From positions 16,368,001-16,432,000 of the forward strand of contig CM060733.1 in the NCBI GenBank assembly GCA_030704615.1: a DNA stretch of 64,000 nucleotides. The letters are read 5' to 3'. This DNA is from Takakia lepidozioides. Taxonomy: Eukaryota > Plantae > Bryophyta. Positions 11,419-22,980 of the stretch are shown piece by piece (the stretch's first letter is position 1; each line of letters opens with the position of its first letter). A program made the position numbers and the translations under genes. The notes beneath the pieces are model-generated. The model saw nothing but the letters and a program-made list of their open reading frames with translations, did no database searches and was not told the origin of the DNA.

Positions 11419-12365
11419 CACTGGTTTGCAAAAGCTCATTCCAAACTTATTCAAAATAGTTTGAATATACTTCTTCTGACTTAAGTGTAAAGTACCCTTG
11501 TCCCTGTCTCGTTCAACTTGAATGCCCATAAAATAATGAATGTCTCTAAGATCCGTCATATCAAATGTAGCATGTAAACGTTGTTTTGCATGTTTCAATG
11601 CTTCCACATCATTGCTGACTAAAATTGAGTCATCTACATATAGTGCAATGAGTACAAACTTGTCCTCTTTGAATTTAATGTACACATTACTATCTGCTGG
11701 AGATGCCACAAAACCTTCAAAGATTAAATAACCATTAAACTTCTGGAACCAGGCTCGAGGTGACTGTTTCAAGCCATATAGGATTTTTATCAACTTACAG
11801 ACCAAGTCTTCTTCTCCTGGAGCAATGAACCCTTGAGGCCGCTCCATATAAACCTCCTCCTCCAAATCTCCATTTAAGAAGGCGGTTTTCACGTCCATTT
11901 GATGGACCTCCAGATTTGATAGTGCGGCAATAGCCAAAATAGTCCTGATAGAAGATATCTTTGCAACAGGTGAAAATGTCTCATTATAATCCACTCCTTC
12001 TCTTTGAGAAAAGCTCTTGCAACTAGTCTGGCTTTATACCTTTCCACTGATCCATCTGCTTTAAGTTTGAGTTTATAGATCCACTTACATCCAACAGTCT
12101 TTCTCCCTTGTGGAAGTTTAGTTAGCTTCCAAGTACCATTCTTTAGTAAGGATGCAAACTCTTTATTCATAGCCTCTTGCCATCTTGACGACTCTCTACA
12201 ACTGAGAGCTTCCTTAAATGACATTGGCTCTTCATTTTCAACAAGCATTGTTTGTGACAAATCGAGAGATTCTATGAGTCTTTGACTGGGTCTTCTCTCT
12301 CTCATGGACCTGCGAACTTGGATATCAAGTTGAGCCCTAGGTGCTTGTAGTTGAGGTTGAGCCAC
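11407..12365 (-). mobile_element. Ty1/Copia reverse transcriptase fragment
   Basis: EPMSFKEAL, WQEAMNKE, GCKWIYKLK, RYKARLVA, QMDVKTAFLNG, LYGLKQSPRAW, YVDD. 1-nt frameshift near 12015. Truncated before RNase H; no LTRs seen. Confidence 0.95.
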
Positions 12366-12955
12366 TTGAACATTTGCTGGAATATTACTTGGCTATGGTG
12401 TCTCTATTTCCTCATGAGAGCCAGAGTCACAATCTTACCTCGTCCGCCTCCCTGCTTACAATGTCGTTTGCACAAACATTAGAAATTGTGCCTAAAATCC
12501 GTCCTGAAGCACTTGATAAGATTTAGTGAATGTCTGGCATTTGGGGAAAGGTAGACAGATGACAACAATGTAGAATAAGACAACACAACAGATGTGAGAG
12601 TGATCTTTCATTCTGCGACTTTGTCCGAGTGCTTACTGCAACATTCTGGTGTGCAGCACGCTCCTCTTTAGTTATCCTCTTCAGTGTCGACACATTGCGA
12701 GCCATTTCAGCACTATACTTCCTGCAACGCACCACCTGACCACGGTAAACATGGTGTGGACTCCAATGCGTATTGCGGTCCCTGCCAGTGAGGTAGAAAT
12801 GTGCACCTGTATGTTACGAGAGTACTGCAATTTTCATGGTTTTTCATCAGGACCATTATACAACAACATTCAAAATGAATTTGGCTCTCGTTTGTGCATG
12901 AGGAGGAATTCCGGGTCTTACAACATTGTGTAACAGAAATTGACAAAACGTCTGC

Positions 12956-13380
12956 ATTGTCTTCTTGTTTGACCATAACCAATATTATGCATGAGGATGT
13001 TGTCCTTGAACTTGCGCTAAAACCGAGAGTCCACCAATCATCCCCTAGGTGCCTTGTCTTCTTGTTTGACCCATAACCAATGTTATGCATGAGGATCCCC
13101 GCCTTTGAACTTGCACTGAAACCGAGAGCCCATACACCATCCACTAGGTGCACTGTCTTCTTGTTTGAACCATAACCAATGTTACGCATCAGGATGTTGC
13201 CCTTGAACTTGCGTTGAACCCGAGAGTCCACAAATCATCCCCTAGGTGCCTTGTCTTCTTGTTTGATCCATAACCAATGTTAGGCATCAGGAGGCTGCCT
13301 TAGAACTTGCGTTTGACCCGAGAATCAATACATACATCATCCCCTAGGTGCCTTGTCTTCTTGTTTGACCCATGACCAAC
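12956..13380. repeat. Tandem array of ~99-bp units (about 4.3 copies)
   Basis: tgtcttcttgtttga(c/a/t)ccataaccaat...ttgaacttgc...ccgagag...ctaggtgc recurs near 12958, 13055, 13154, 13252 and 13353. Confidence 0.9.
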
Positions 13381-13927
13381 CATTTGCTGTACATTACAAT
13401 CAAAGCCTACAAGCCAGGATATAACTATCTACTGTATGAAGTGCATAGAAGCCACTGTTGTAAATGCATACACGGCAAGAAAATGAGAAACCATCTTTTA
13501 ACGACATTACAACGAACAAGCACAAATTTTATTACAAAGTTGTGGAGGGACACAAAATGTCTAAAACTGTGAACATCACGAGACCCCCCAAAATGATGAA
13601 ATTTGCATTTCAGTCACTAGAACTATCCCCTGAAACTTGTGCAGTATCATCGACGTAAACCCGAGCTCTGAGGTGCTTGTTGTGCTTTCGAGCACATGGG
13701 GGAGATAACATGAAACTCTGTTGACAAGCAATGGCCTCCGCGTAGTCGGGTAGGATGTATGAACGTGGAGGGCTGCACCACAAGTCACTGTGAATAAAAG
13801 AGACGTCGACCAAAGGAATAGCTTTCAATACCCTGCCACCCAAAGAACCACAATTGCATTAGCCACCATTAATGGGAAAGGGGGGGCCGTTTCCGCGGGA
13901 GAAATCGGATGCTTACAGAAAAACAAC

Positions 13928-16280
13928 TTACTCGCATGCGAAATCGTCGTCCAAGACTTTGTCGTCCCATTCGTTGATTTCCACATGCACTATACCCTCC
14001 TGTTGTTGGGCGGCAGGTGCCGGCGCTGGCGCTTCCAAGTTATGGAGGAGGTCATTGAAAATGTCCGCATCCCCTTCCATACCAAACAAATGCCTCCCCA
14101 CTGCCTTGCAAGCATGGTACGAAGCTCCTGCGAGACATAATACTCTTATGACACATATAAACAAATTTTGCACCAAGAAGAAAACACCACAGCAGGTTCG
14201 GGGTGAAACCTGTGCCAAGAGTGAGGTCCACGATACGCGCCCCCGGATGGGAACAAGTCTCCACAATTGTTTGAATAAATGTTGGGCTCTTCTCCTTGGC
14301 CCCTCTCCATGGTGTGCAGTTGGACTTTCGCAAGCATACATTGGAATCCACGTAATTGTAGTGCATGTCGTCCACACTGGATCAAACTTATCGTTGATGA
14401 AACAACCTCCCCATGAAGCCTGAACTCCTTCACTGCTGTGGGAGTTGAAGCAGGGTGCACTCTGACGAGGCAGACGGCCTCAAAAAGGCGGGTCTACACA
14501 CAAGACAACATGAGGCACATATTAGTGAATCCAAAAAAATTCATCTGAAAAGAATAGTGCTTGAAACCTCCGAAAATGAGTGCGTTGACGCACTCATTTC
14601 TGCAGGGGTGAAATGGAACTTCAAATGAAGCAGGTAAGAGAAAAGTCGATTACCATTTGTCCGGGACAGTCACCCTTTGTCAAGTACAGGCTGTTCACAC
14701 CATTCCACATTTTGATGATTTTCATCCCCGAGGCCTTGAGGTAGCTTGCAAGCTCCTGGCGACATTTCGTATTGACCGACTGGATCATTACAAGAACCCC
14801 TGCATCCGATAAAAAAAAATTGCAAAATGAAAAGACCCACCGCCAGTACCTCTCATCAAATGCATTCCATGTTGGGCAAGTGCCTGTGGGTAGAATGTCC
14901 GGTACTGGCAGCCCATCCGGAATGTCCACAATCACCATGTCGGCACAACATGGTTTCAGGGAACCATTGACCCAACACTGCCCTTTCGAAACCTGAAAAC
15001 AGACAGACGGCAAAAATTAAATAACTATCCAAAAGGGAAACAGTAAATGAGACAAACAGTGGGAATTGGCTTACAGAGTCAAGGAATGCACACAGCTTGC
15101 CCCAAGTTCGAGAGGGTTCTCCAGCGTAACCAGATTTTCTGCTTTCCATCATGGCAAGGAATGAATCATTGACAATCTCGCATTTACATTCTCGCTGGAT
15201 TCTGGATGGGTGCTCCACTGCGTCGTATGGCTCAATCTTCCCCTTACCTTTTCGTTCCTTGTTTCCAATTGGGGTCTGCGCTACCTCACCCCCCGCAATC
15301 TCCCCTTGGGTGGCTTTCTCCTTCCCTTTGTCATTTGTACCCTTTCTCTTTCCCTTCCCTCTCGCAAGAGTTTTGTTGGCTGCGGGTTCCTTCTCCGCGA
15401 GGTTTCGCAGATTCCTCTCATGCAATTCCTTGTCAGTAAGAGGGGCCAAGACTCCGCATTGTCGTTCTGGTTCCGTGTCTGCAACTCATACCAGGGGCAA
15501 TCTGATTTCGGAATGTCTAGATACCAGCAGCAGTTTTTCAGATGATATCTCCCGTAGTCTCTGAGGATGGCTGCAGTGTACATGGTCTGACTGTTAGAGG
15601 GGTCAGACCACAAGTCGATGAAGGCAGGGTACTTACCGAGGTTTTTTCCCAGAATGAGCACGTTCTTGATATACCTACAAAACAAAAGAGGTACACTTTT
15701 AGACATTGAAGGAAAAAAGCATATACTGCAGCCCTCCCAAAATGTGTGCGTCGACGCACACAGTTTGGGGTGCACAAATACTTGAGCATTAGGCAACCAA
15801 AATACACTCACTAGTACCAATGCAAGAACAGGAGAAAACAAAGGGTTCCATATGCAGAAAGATATCCCTTTCTCGGCAGACTGATATTCCATTCAGAACT
15901 GCCAACGAAACAATGAAATCCATGATGGAGGAGAGAACACATCTGAGTTTGTGGCCCTCCAAAACTGCGTGCGTTGGCGAACGCAGTTTTGCATGGCCAA
16001 AAACTGTCTGTCTACTGATTGCCAAAGATAGTTTTCAAACATAAAACAAAAACTAACGAACCTGTATAGGACCCTCTTCATGGCTCCCTCCGCCCCGTAC
16101 TGCTGGTCAAAGTCATTTGTGTGGGAGATTCCTCCATCTCGGGAAAACTCTCTGAAGAAGCAGTTGCTCCAAGCAGTGGCCTTCCACTGCCTCAAGTAAT
16201 CCTCCAGAGTGTCCTCGGGCACGGGTAATTTTGTAGTCATAAAGCTGTTTCTCCAGCACCTGGTTTGCACGAGCTTTAAT
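13928..16280 (-). pseudogene. Spliced gene with C-terminal beta-class N6-adenine/N4-cytosine DNA methyltransferase-like domain, frameshifted, probably TE-borne
   Basis: Predicted exons 16280-16062, 15674-15075, 14992-14654, 14493-14210, 14127-13928 with GT-AG boundaries. DMVIVDIPDG (motif IV position) precedes PWRGAKEKSP..IVETCSHPGARIVDLTLGTGASYHACKAVGRHLFGMEGD (motifs X-I-II). Frameshifts near 15480 and 14380. Confidence 0.6.
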
Positions 16281-17438
16281 CTGCAGGTATTCATATGCAT
16301 GCGTTAGAGTCCATTCATGGGAAGATATTCTCAGAATTTCAAGCAAAGAACGTCCTTAAAAGTACGTGGCTCCAGTAGGTGGCTTTGTGCAACCATGTAT
16401 CAAGAACTTGGTCGTTGATGTGCCCGGTGTTGTGTTGAGGGTATCCTACACTGTTTACCCAGTGATGCACTGGGTGTTTTCCTTCACATGAGTTGCTTGG
16501 GGATCTGATTCGAGCTCTACTGCAACAGACGAGATATCGGGAGTTCTTGCGGGGTGGCGTTGGTGGCAAGGGGTCAGACAAGTCCGAGTTGATGTTGCGA
16601 GTAGCAAGAAGATCAGGGGATCCGAACAAGATTGCCAGGGCTATCAGCATGTGTGCGGAAGGAACTCCACTGGTGTCCAGAGTTCCCCATCTGGAGGGTG
16701 AGGAGAGATTCGGGTCTTGTAAACGGAAATTGAACACCTTTCCTGGGTCGGATGCGGACTCCCACAAGCCGGACAGGGACAACTTCTCCATGCCGCGTGT
16801 TCCATTTCATCAGAGGTTCGTTTCCGGCATATCCAGTGCGAACGATCCTTTGTCACAAAGCAAAGGCAGCCATCTCCCACAGTGAGTGCAATGGGGCAGG
16901 AGGCAAACGTGCTCCCCCCTGTGGTGGAGTCCATGTGCCCCGACGAAGTCTGGCAATAGAACGCCCACTGTGGGTTCTCGAGTGAAGTGCAGGGGCAATC
17001 AGAGAAAAACCAATCGTGAGGAGAAATGCAAGTCGCGCATATCCAGAGGCAAAGGTCCGAACTCCGGCTCCGACCTTCACTGTTTTTCTGGTTCTGCCCT
17101 GCACGACTGTGGTAGGTGCGTGCGTGGGACTGTACGACGCCATCGGTTATCAATGAAGCCTCCTCCACCAAGCGTTTGGCCTGTGAGGTGGGGACACATC
17201 TCACCAACTCACGAGATTGCCATGCTGGAGGAGGCAGGCTCTCCCTTCAGCGAGCCCCCTTGTACATGCAGGTGCTTCTACTTCAGCAAGTTCTGGAGTG
17301 CCACCACCGAACGCTGATGCATGGCCAACAAAACGAAATGGGAAGTTGGTTCGTCGTTTCCTCCGACTGCCGAGCATTTCGGCAAGGTGGAATCCGCTCG
17401 AATGCTTCAAGTCGTGTTACAGGCACTTACGGAAGTTC

Positions 17439-17938
17439 NNNNNNNNNNNNNNNNNNNNNNNNNNNNNNNNNNNNNNNNNNNNNNNNNNNNNNNNNNNNNN
17501 NNNNNNNNNNNNNNNNNNNNNNNNNNNNNNNNNNNNNNNNNNNNNNNNNNNNNNNNNNNNNNNNNNNNNNNNNNNNNNNNNNNNNNNNNNNNNNNNNNNN
17601 NNNNNNNNNNNNNNNNNNNNNNNNNNNNNNNNNNNNNNNNNNNNNNNNNNNNNNNNNNNNNNNNNNNNNNNNNNNNNNNNNNNNNNNNNNNNNNNNNNNN
17701 NNNNNNNNNNNNNNNNNNNNNNNNNNNNNNNNNNNNNNNNNNNNNNNNNNNNNNNNNNNNNNNNNNNNNNNNNNNNNNNNNNNNNNNNNNNNNNNNNNNN
17801 NNNNNNNNNNNNNNNNNNNNNNNNNNNNNNNNNNNNNNNNNNNNNNNNNNNNNNNNNNNNNNNNNNNNNNNNNNNNNNNNNNNNNNNNNNNNNNNNNNNN
17901 NNNNNNNNNNNNNNNNNNNNNNNNNNNNNNNNNNNNNN
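17439..17938. other. Assembly gap (500 N)
   Basis: Run of N. ORFs spanning it are artefacts. Confidence 1.
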
Positions 17939-20900
17939 CAGGGTCAAGCACAATCGGCTGACGTGAGGACAGTGTGTGTGACAGGACGACTGACAAAGGT
18001 GTCGCATGTTTTGAACCAAGGAGGCATCAAAACAGACTCCGATACTTACGTCTGTCTCTTGAAGGAGTGCATCAAGATGAAAGACCTAGCACAAGGAAAG
18101 CAGGTGCATGCCCACATTATTCAAAGTGGAGTGAAGCCGAACATCTTCCTATACAACACCCTTGTCGAAATGTATGCCAAGTGCGGGAGCCTTGCGAATG
18201 CACGCCAAGTTTTTGACAAGATGCCAGAACGAAGCTTGCTTACATGGAATATTATGGTGGCAGGATATGCCAAGCATAACTGTGGTAGGCAGGCTTTGGA
18301 GATGTATGAGCTAATGCAACGGGAAGGGGTGACACCTGATCGGGTTACGTTCATTTGCGTTCTCCAGGGGTGTGCCAGCGTGGTAGCTCTGGGAAAGGGC
18401 AAAGAGGTTCATGCTGACATAATGAAAGCCGGAATTGCAGCAGATATCATTCTGGAGACTGCACTTGTCAACATGTATGCAAAATGCAGGAGCATGAAGG
18501 ATGCACATCAATTGTTCAACAATATGGCTCAGCGAAATGTTGTCTCATGGAGTACAGTGATTGCAGGATATGCTCAGAATGGGTTCGGCAGGGAGGCTTT
18601 GGAGATGTATGAACAAATGATAGGGGAGGGGGTCTGGCCCAACAAGGTCACATTCATCTGCCTTCTCAAAGCATGTGCTAGCCTCGGAGCCCTGGAAAAG
18701 GGAAGAGAAGTTCATAATGGAATTATAAAATTTGGGATTGTGCCAGATATCATTCTCGACACTGGCCTAGTCAACATGTATGCCAAATGTGGAAGCATGA
18801 ATGATGCACGCCTATTATTTGAGAACATGGCTGAACGAGATGTGGTCGCATTCAGCGCAGTGATTGCAGGATATGCTCAGCATGGGTGTGGTAGTGAGGC
18901 TTTCGAGATATATGGTCAAATGATACGTGAAGGAGTGACACCAGACAAGGTAACGTTTATTTGCATTCTGAATGCGTGTGCCAGTTTGGCAGCTCTGGAA
19001 AAGGGCAAAGAGGTCCATGCAGATGTTATTAAAGCTGGAATAGCCTCATACATAAACTTGGAGACTGCCCTTGTGAACATGTATGCCAAATGTGGGAGCC
19101 TGAAGGATGCACGCCAAGTATTTGACAATATGGCTCAACGAAATGTTGTCTCATGGAGTGCAATGATCAAAGCATATGGTCAGCATGGGTGTGGTGGGGA
19201 GGCTTTGGAGATCTATGACGACATGATACGGGAAGGGATGCCACCTGACAAAATCACCTTCATTTGTGTTCTCAATGCTTGTGCCAGCTTGGCAGATCTG
19301 GAAAGGGGTAAGGCAGTCCATACTGATATCATAAAAGCTGGAATTGCAGCATATATTGATCTAGAGAATACACTTGTCGACATGTATGCCAAATGTGGGA
19401 GCTTAAAGGATGCTCGCCAAGTGTTTGCAAATATGGCTCAACGAAATGTGGTCTCATGGAACACGATGATTGTAGGATATGATCAGAATGGGTGTGGCAG
19501 GGAGGCATGGGAGATCTATGAGGAAATGATACGGGAAGGGGTGACACCTGACAGGATCACATTCATTAGTATTATCAATGTGTGTGCCAGCCTGGCAGCC
19601 CTGGAAAAGGGCAAAGGGGTCCATGCTAACATCATCAAAGCGGGAATTGCATCAAACAAGAACTTGGAGATTGCCCTTGTGAATATGTATGCCAAATGTG
19701 GGAGTTTAGAAGATGCACGTCATGTGTTTGACAATTGTGCACAACAAGATGTGGTTTCACTCAACATAATGATCGCAGGATATGGCCAGAATGGGCGTGC
19801 TAGGGAGGCTTGGGTGATGTATGAGCAAATGATATCAGAAAGAGTGACACCCAACAAGATTACGTTCATTTGTGTTCTCAAGGCATGTGGCAACTTGGGA
19901 GTGCTAGAAAAGGGCAAAGAGGTCCATGCTGACATCATCAAAGCTGGATTTGTGCCGGATGTCATTCTGGAAAACACCCTTGTGAACATGTATGCCAAAT
20001 GTGGGAGCTTAAACGATGCACGGCAAGTATTTGACAGCATGCCTCAACGGGATGTTGTTTCATGGAATGCGATGATAGCAGGATATGGCCAGCATGGGCA
20101 TGATAGGGAAGCTTGGGAGATCTATGAGGAAATGATACGGAAAGGGGTCATGCCTGACAAGGTCACATTCATTTGTGTTCTTAATGCATGTGCCTGCCCA
20201 GAAGCCCTGGAAAAGGGTAAAGAAATCCATGCTGACATCATCAAAGCTAGAATTGCACCATTTGTGAATTTGGAGAACACCCTCGTGAATATGTATGCTA
20301 GATGCGGGAGCTTAAAGGATGCTCGTAATGTATTTGACAATATGACTGAAAGAAGTGTGGTCTCATGGAGTGGAATGATTGCGGCGTATGCTCAGAAAGG
20401 ATGTGGTAAGGATGCTTTGGAGATCTATGAGCAAATGATGCGGGAAGGTGTGACACCCAACAAAGTCACTTTCATTTGCGTTTTCAATGCATGTGCTGGC
20501 CTGGCAGCCCTGGAAAAGGGTAAAGAGGTCCATGCTGACATGATCAAAGCTGCAATGTTGCCAACTATCAGTCTGGAGAACTCTCTTGTTGATATGTATG
20601 CCAAATGTGGGAGCATCCATGATGCTCGGCAAGTGTTTGACAACATGACTGCACGCAATGTGGTCTCATGGAATGCGATGATTGCAGCATATGGTCAACA
20701 TGGGCGTGGTAGGGAGGCCCTCCAACTATTTGACCGAATGCAACGGGAATGCTGGATGCCAGATGGTGCCACCTTTATCTGTCTTCTCCGTGCATGTAGC
20801 CATGTGGGTCTAGTGGATGAAGGTTGTCACTACTTTGAGTCCCTGAGTCAATATCATGGCCTGGCCCCTGCAGTGGAACATTTTAGCTGCATGGTGGACC

Positions 20901-21388
20901 TTCTTGGCCGTGCAGGGCGACTGGATGAGGCGGAGAAGTTAATTTACAATATGCCGATCAAACCAGACTCTTCTGTGTGGAGGGCCTTGCTTGGTGCCTG
21001 CAGACTTCAAGGTAACCTGGAGATAGCAGAACGTGCAGCAAAAAGCCTTCTCAAGGGGGATCCACATGACGCTGCAACGTATGTGCCGTTATCAAACATC
21101 TATGATGCAGCTGGCTTGTGGGGTAGTAAAGCAAAGGTGAAAAAAACAATGGAGGACAGAGGTGCCAGAAAGGAGCCAGGGCACAGCTACATTGAGGTTG
21201 ACAATCAAGTGAATATTTTCGTTGCAGACAACACATTGCATTCAGAGAGTGAGGAAATCCATCTTGAGCTGAAGAAATTATCCGAGTGGATGAAGGAGGA
21301 TGGGTATGTGCCTGACAGCCGCTTTGTATTGCATGAGGCTGATGAAGAGCGAAAGGAATTATCCTTTCTCACCACAGAGAGAAGTTAG
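17939..21388 (+). CDS. PLS-class pentatricopeptide repeat protein (about 9 PLS triplets, P2-L2-S2, E1-E2, PG box); 5' end lies in the gap
   Basis: MYA(K/R)C recurs every 303 nt nine times; CMVDLLGRAGRLDEA; WRALLGAC; KEPGHSYIEV; GYVPD. Confidence 0.93.
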   Translation, partial: QGQAQSADVRTVCVTGRLTKVSHVLNQGGIKTDSDTYVCLLKECIKMKDLAQGKQVHAHIIQSGVKPNIFLYNTLVEMYAKCGSLANARQVFDKMPERSLLTWNIMVAGYAKHNCGRQALEMYELMQREGVTPDRVTFICVLQGCASVVALGKGKEVHADIMKAGIAADIILETALVNMYAKCRSMKDAHQLFNNMAQRNVVSWSTVIAGYAQNGFGREALEMYEQMIGEGVWPNKVTFICLLKACASLGALEKGREVHNGIIKFGIVPDIILDTGLVNMYAKCGSMNDARLLFENMAERDVVAFSAVIAGYAQHGCGSEAFEIYGQMIREGVTPDKVTFICILNACASLAALEKGKEVHADVIKAGIASYINLETALVNMYAKCGSLKDARQVFDNMAQRNVVSWSAMIKAYGQHGCGGEALEIYDDMIREGMPPDKITFICVLNACASLADLERGKAVHTDIIKAGIAAYIDLENTLVDMYAKCGSLKDARQVFANMAQRNVVSWNTMIVGYDQNGCGREAWEIYEEMIREGVTPDRITFISIINVCASLAALEKGKGVHANIIKAGIASNKNLEIALVNMYAKCGSLEDARHVFDNCAQQDVVSLNIMIAGYGQNGRAREAWVMYEQMISERVTPNKITFICVLKACGNLGVLEKGKEVHADIIKAGFVPDVILENTLVNMYAKCGSLNDARQVFDSMPQRDVVSWNAMIAGYGQHGHDREAWEIYEEMIRKGVMPDKVTFICVLNACACPEALEKGKEIHADIIKARIAPFVNLENTLVNMYARCGSLKDARNVFDNMTERSVVSWSGMIAAYAQKGCGKDALEIYEQMMREGVTPNKVTFICVFNACAGLAALEKGKEVHADMIKAAMLPTISLENSLVDMYAKCGSIHDARQVFDNMTARNVVSWNAMIAAYGQHGRGREALQLFDRMQRECWMPDGATFICLLRACSHVGLVDEGCHYFESLSQYHGLAPAVEHFSCMVDLLGRAGRLDEAEKLIYNMPIKPDSSVWRALLGACRLQGNLEIAERAAKSLLKGDPHDAATYVPLSNIYDAAGLWGSKAKVKKTMEDRGARKEPGHSYIEVDNQVNIFVADNTLHSESEEIHLELKKLSEWMKEDGYVPDSRFVLHEADEERKELSFLTTERS

Positions 21389-21537
21389 GCATTGCTTTTG
21401 GGCTATTAGCACGCTCCCTGAGAAGCCTATCCGAGTAAGAACCTTTGGATCTGTGGTGACTGCCACACTGCCACCAAGTTCATGTCGAAGATTGCTAGCA
21501 AGCAATCACTTCTTGTTTTTGTGGGGATCGCTGGTAA
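21360..21537 (+). pseudogene. Decayed DYW deaminase domain of the PPR gene
   Basis: Across frameshifts it reads LSHHREKLGIAFG..ISTLPEKPIRV..KNLWICGDCHTATKFMSKI...CFCGDRW*. The RD..RFHHF segment is deleted. Confidence 0.85.
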
Positions 21538-22121
21538 AGCAAGCAACACGCATGTAGGAAAATCCAGATTGCCTGTAATTGGTGATGGTTCACTAGTTAG
21601 TGCCGTACTTTTCTTGCGATGAGATGAGAAAACCTGGACTACATGGAAGTTGCGGTGGTCAATGGGTGCACTGTCCCAAATGGGTGTGATAGGTTCTTCA
21701 CGTGCCCTGGACTTTCAGGGTCCTCCACCACAGGTGGAACGACTGAATTTTTTCATCTTCCAAATTCAAGAACCTGATTAATAACTTCAGTTCCTTCCTG
21801 AATCTCTGGCCTCATACAGAAAAAGAAGAAGCCCGTGGTTAAAAAGGGCCCAGTCAAGAGTACAAGTACCAACACTTTTGAACAGTCAGCATTCAACACT
21901 GGGAACCAGTTAGACTTCTGATCCTCAATGACAGAAATGCAGTAAGTTCCTTTCTCACTTTTCAATTCTTGTTATGCTTGGCATTGCTATGAAGATACCT
22001 CATATGGCTATTGTAAGACCTTCATTTTGGAGCCTATCCCCATTCACAGATTTTACTCAAGAAGATTTGGAGATCTTATGTGCGCTTTAGTGTAAGGGTT
22101 TACAATTTTAAATCGCACAGG

Positions 22122-22980
22122 ATGGCGGGGTTGAATCAGGCACAGTGGTCTGGATCAGTCGTTACTATCACATCGACTGCTTTTGAAAGAGGACCAAGAG
22201 ACGGAGTCAACAGCAGTTCTTCTGGCAGGAGTTCTTGTGGTTCTGTGACGACATTGTCTAAGGCAGGATGCACTGCACCTTCTGAACCAGCAGTGCATTT
22301 CGGTAGACTGCAAGTGCACGCCCACATCATTCAAAGTGGATTCAACCCAAAGATCTTTCTATTCAACACCCCTGCGATTATGTATGCCAAGTGTGGGAGT
22401 ATGATGGATGCACGGCAAGTGTTTGACAAATGCCTGAATGAGGTATGTTTACATGGAATATCATGATAGCAGGACATGCAAAGCATGGGTGTGGTAGGGA
22501 AGCTTTAAGCTCTACCAGCAAGGTACGCTCAGCATGAGTGTGGTAGGGAGGCTTTTGAGATATATGAGCAAATGTCAGCTGAAGGGGTGATGCCCAACAA
22601 AATTATGTTCATTGGTGTTCTCAGTGCATGTGCAGCCTGGGCAGCACTGGAAAAGCATAGAGGTCCATGCTCACATTATTAAAGCTGGAATTGTGCCAGA
22701 TATCATTGTGCAGACTGCCCTTGTGGACATGTATGCCAAACATGGGAGCATAAAGGATGCTGGGCCTGTGTTTGACAACATGGCTCAATGAAATATGGTC
22801 TCAGTTGCAGGGTATGCTCGACATGGTTGGCTTTGGAGATTTAATGACAAGGGCAGGCGTGACACCTAACATGGTCACATTCATTTGCGTTCTCGATGCG
22901 TTGTGCCAGCCTAGGTGCCCTGGATAAGGGTAAGGAGGTCCATGTTGACATCATCAGAGCTGGAATGGTGCCAAGCACAC
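22122..22980 (+). pseudogene. PLS-PPR pseudogene, paralogue of the upstream PPR
   Basis: QVHAHIIQSG..MYAKCGS..ARQVFDK as at 18100-18220, then frameshifted and stop-containing triplets. Confidence 0.85.

Noticed and set aside
12956-13380. CRISPR-like appearance of regularly spaced repeats
   Set aside because: Whole units are homologous with no unique spacers, there are no cas genes, and the context is eukaryotic.
17116-18019. ORFs spanning the N gap, including the 1355-aa ORF start at 17321
   Set aside because: Artefact of translating Ns. Sequence left of the gap is not demonstrably part of the PPR gene.
21180-21537. Possible U-to-C (DYW:KP-type) editing domain
   Set aside because: The PG box KEPGHSYIEV and CGDRW ending fit the conventional C-to-U type.
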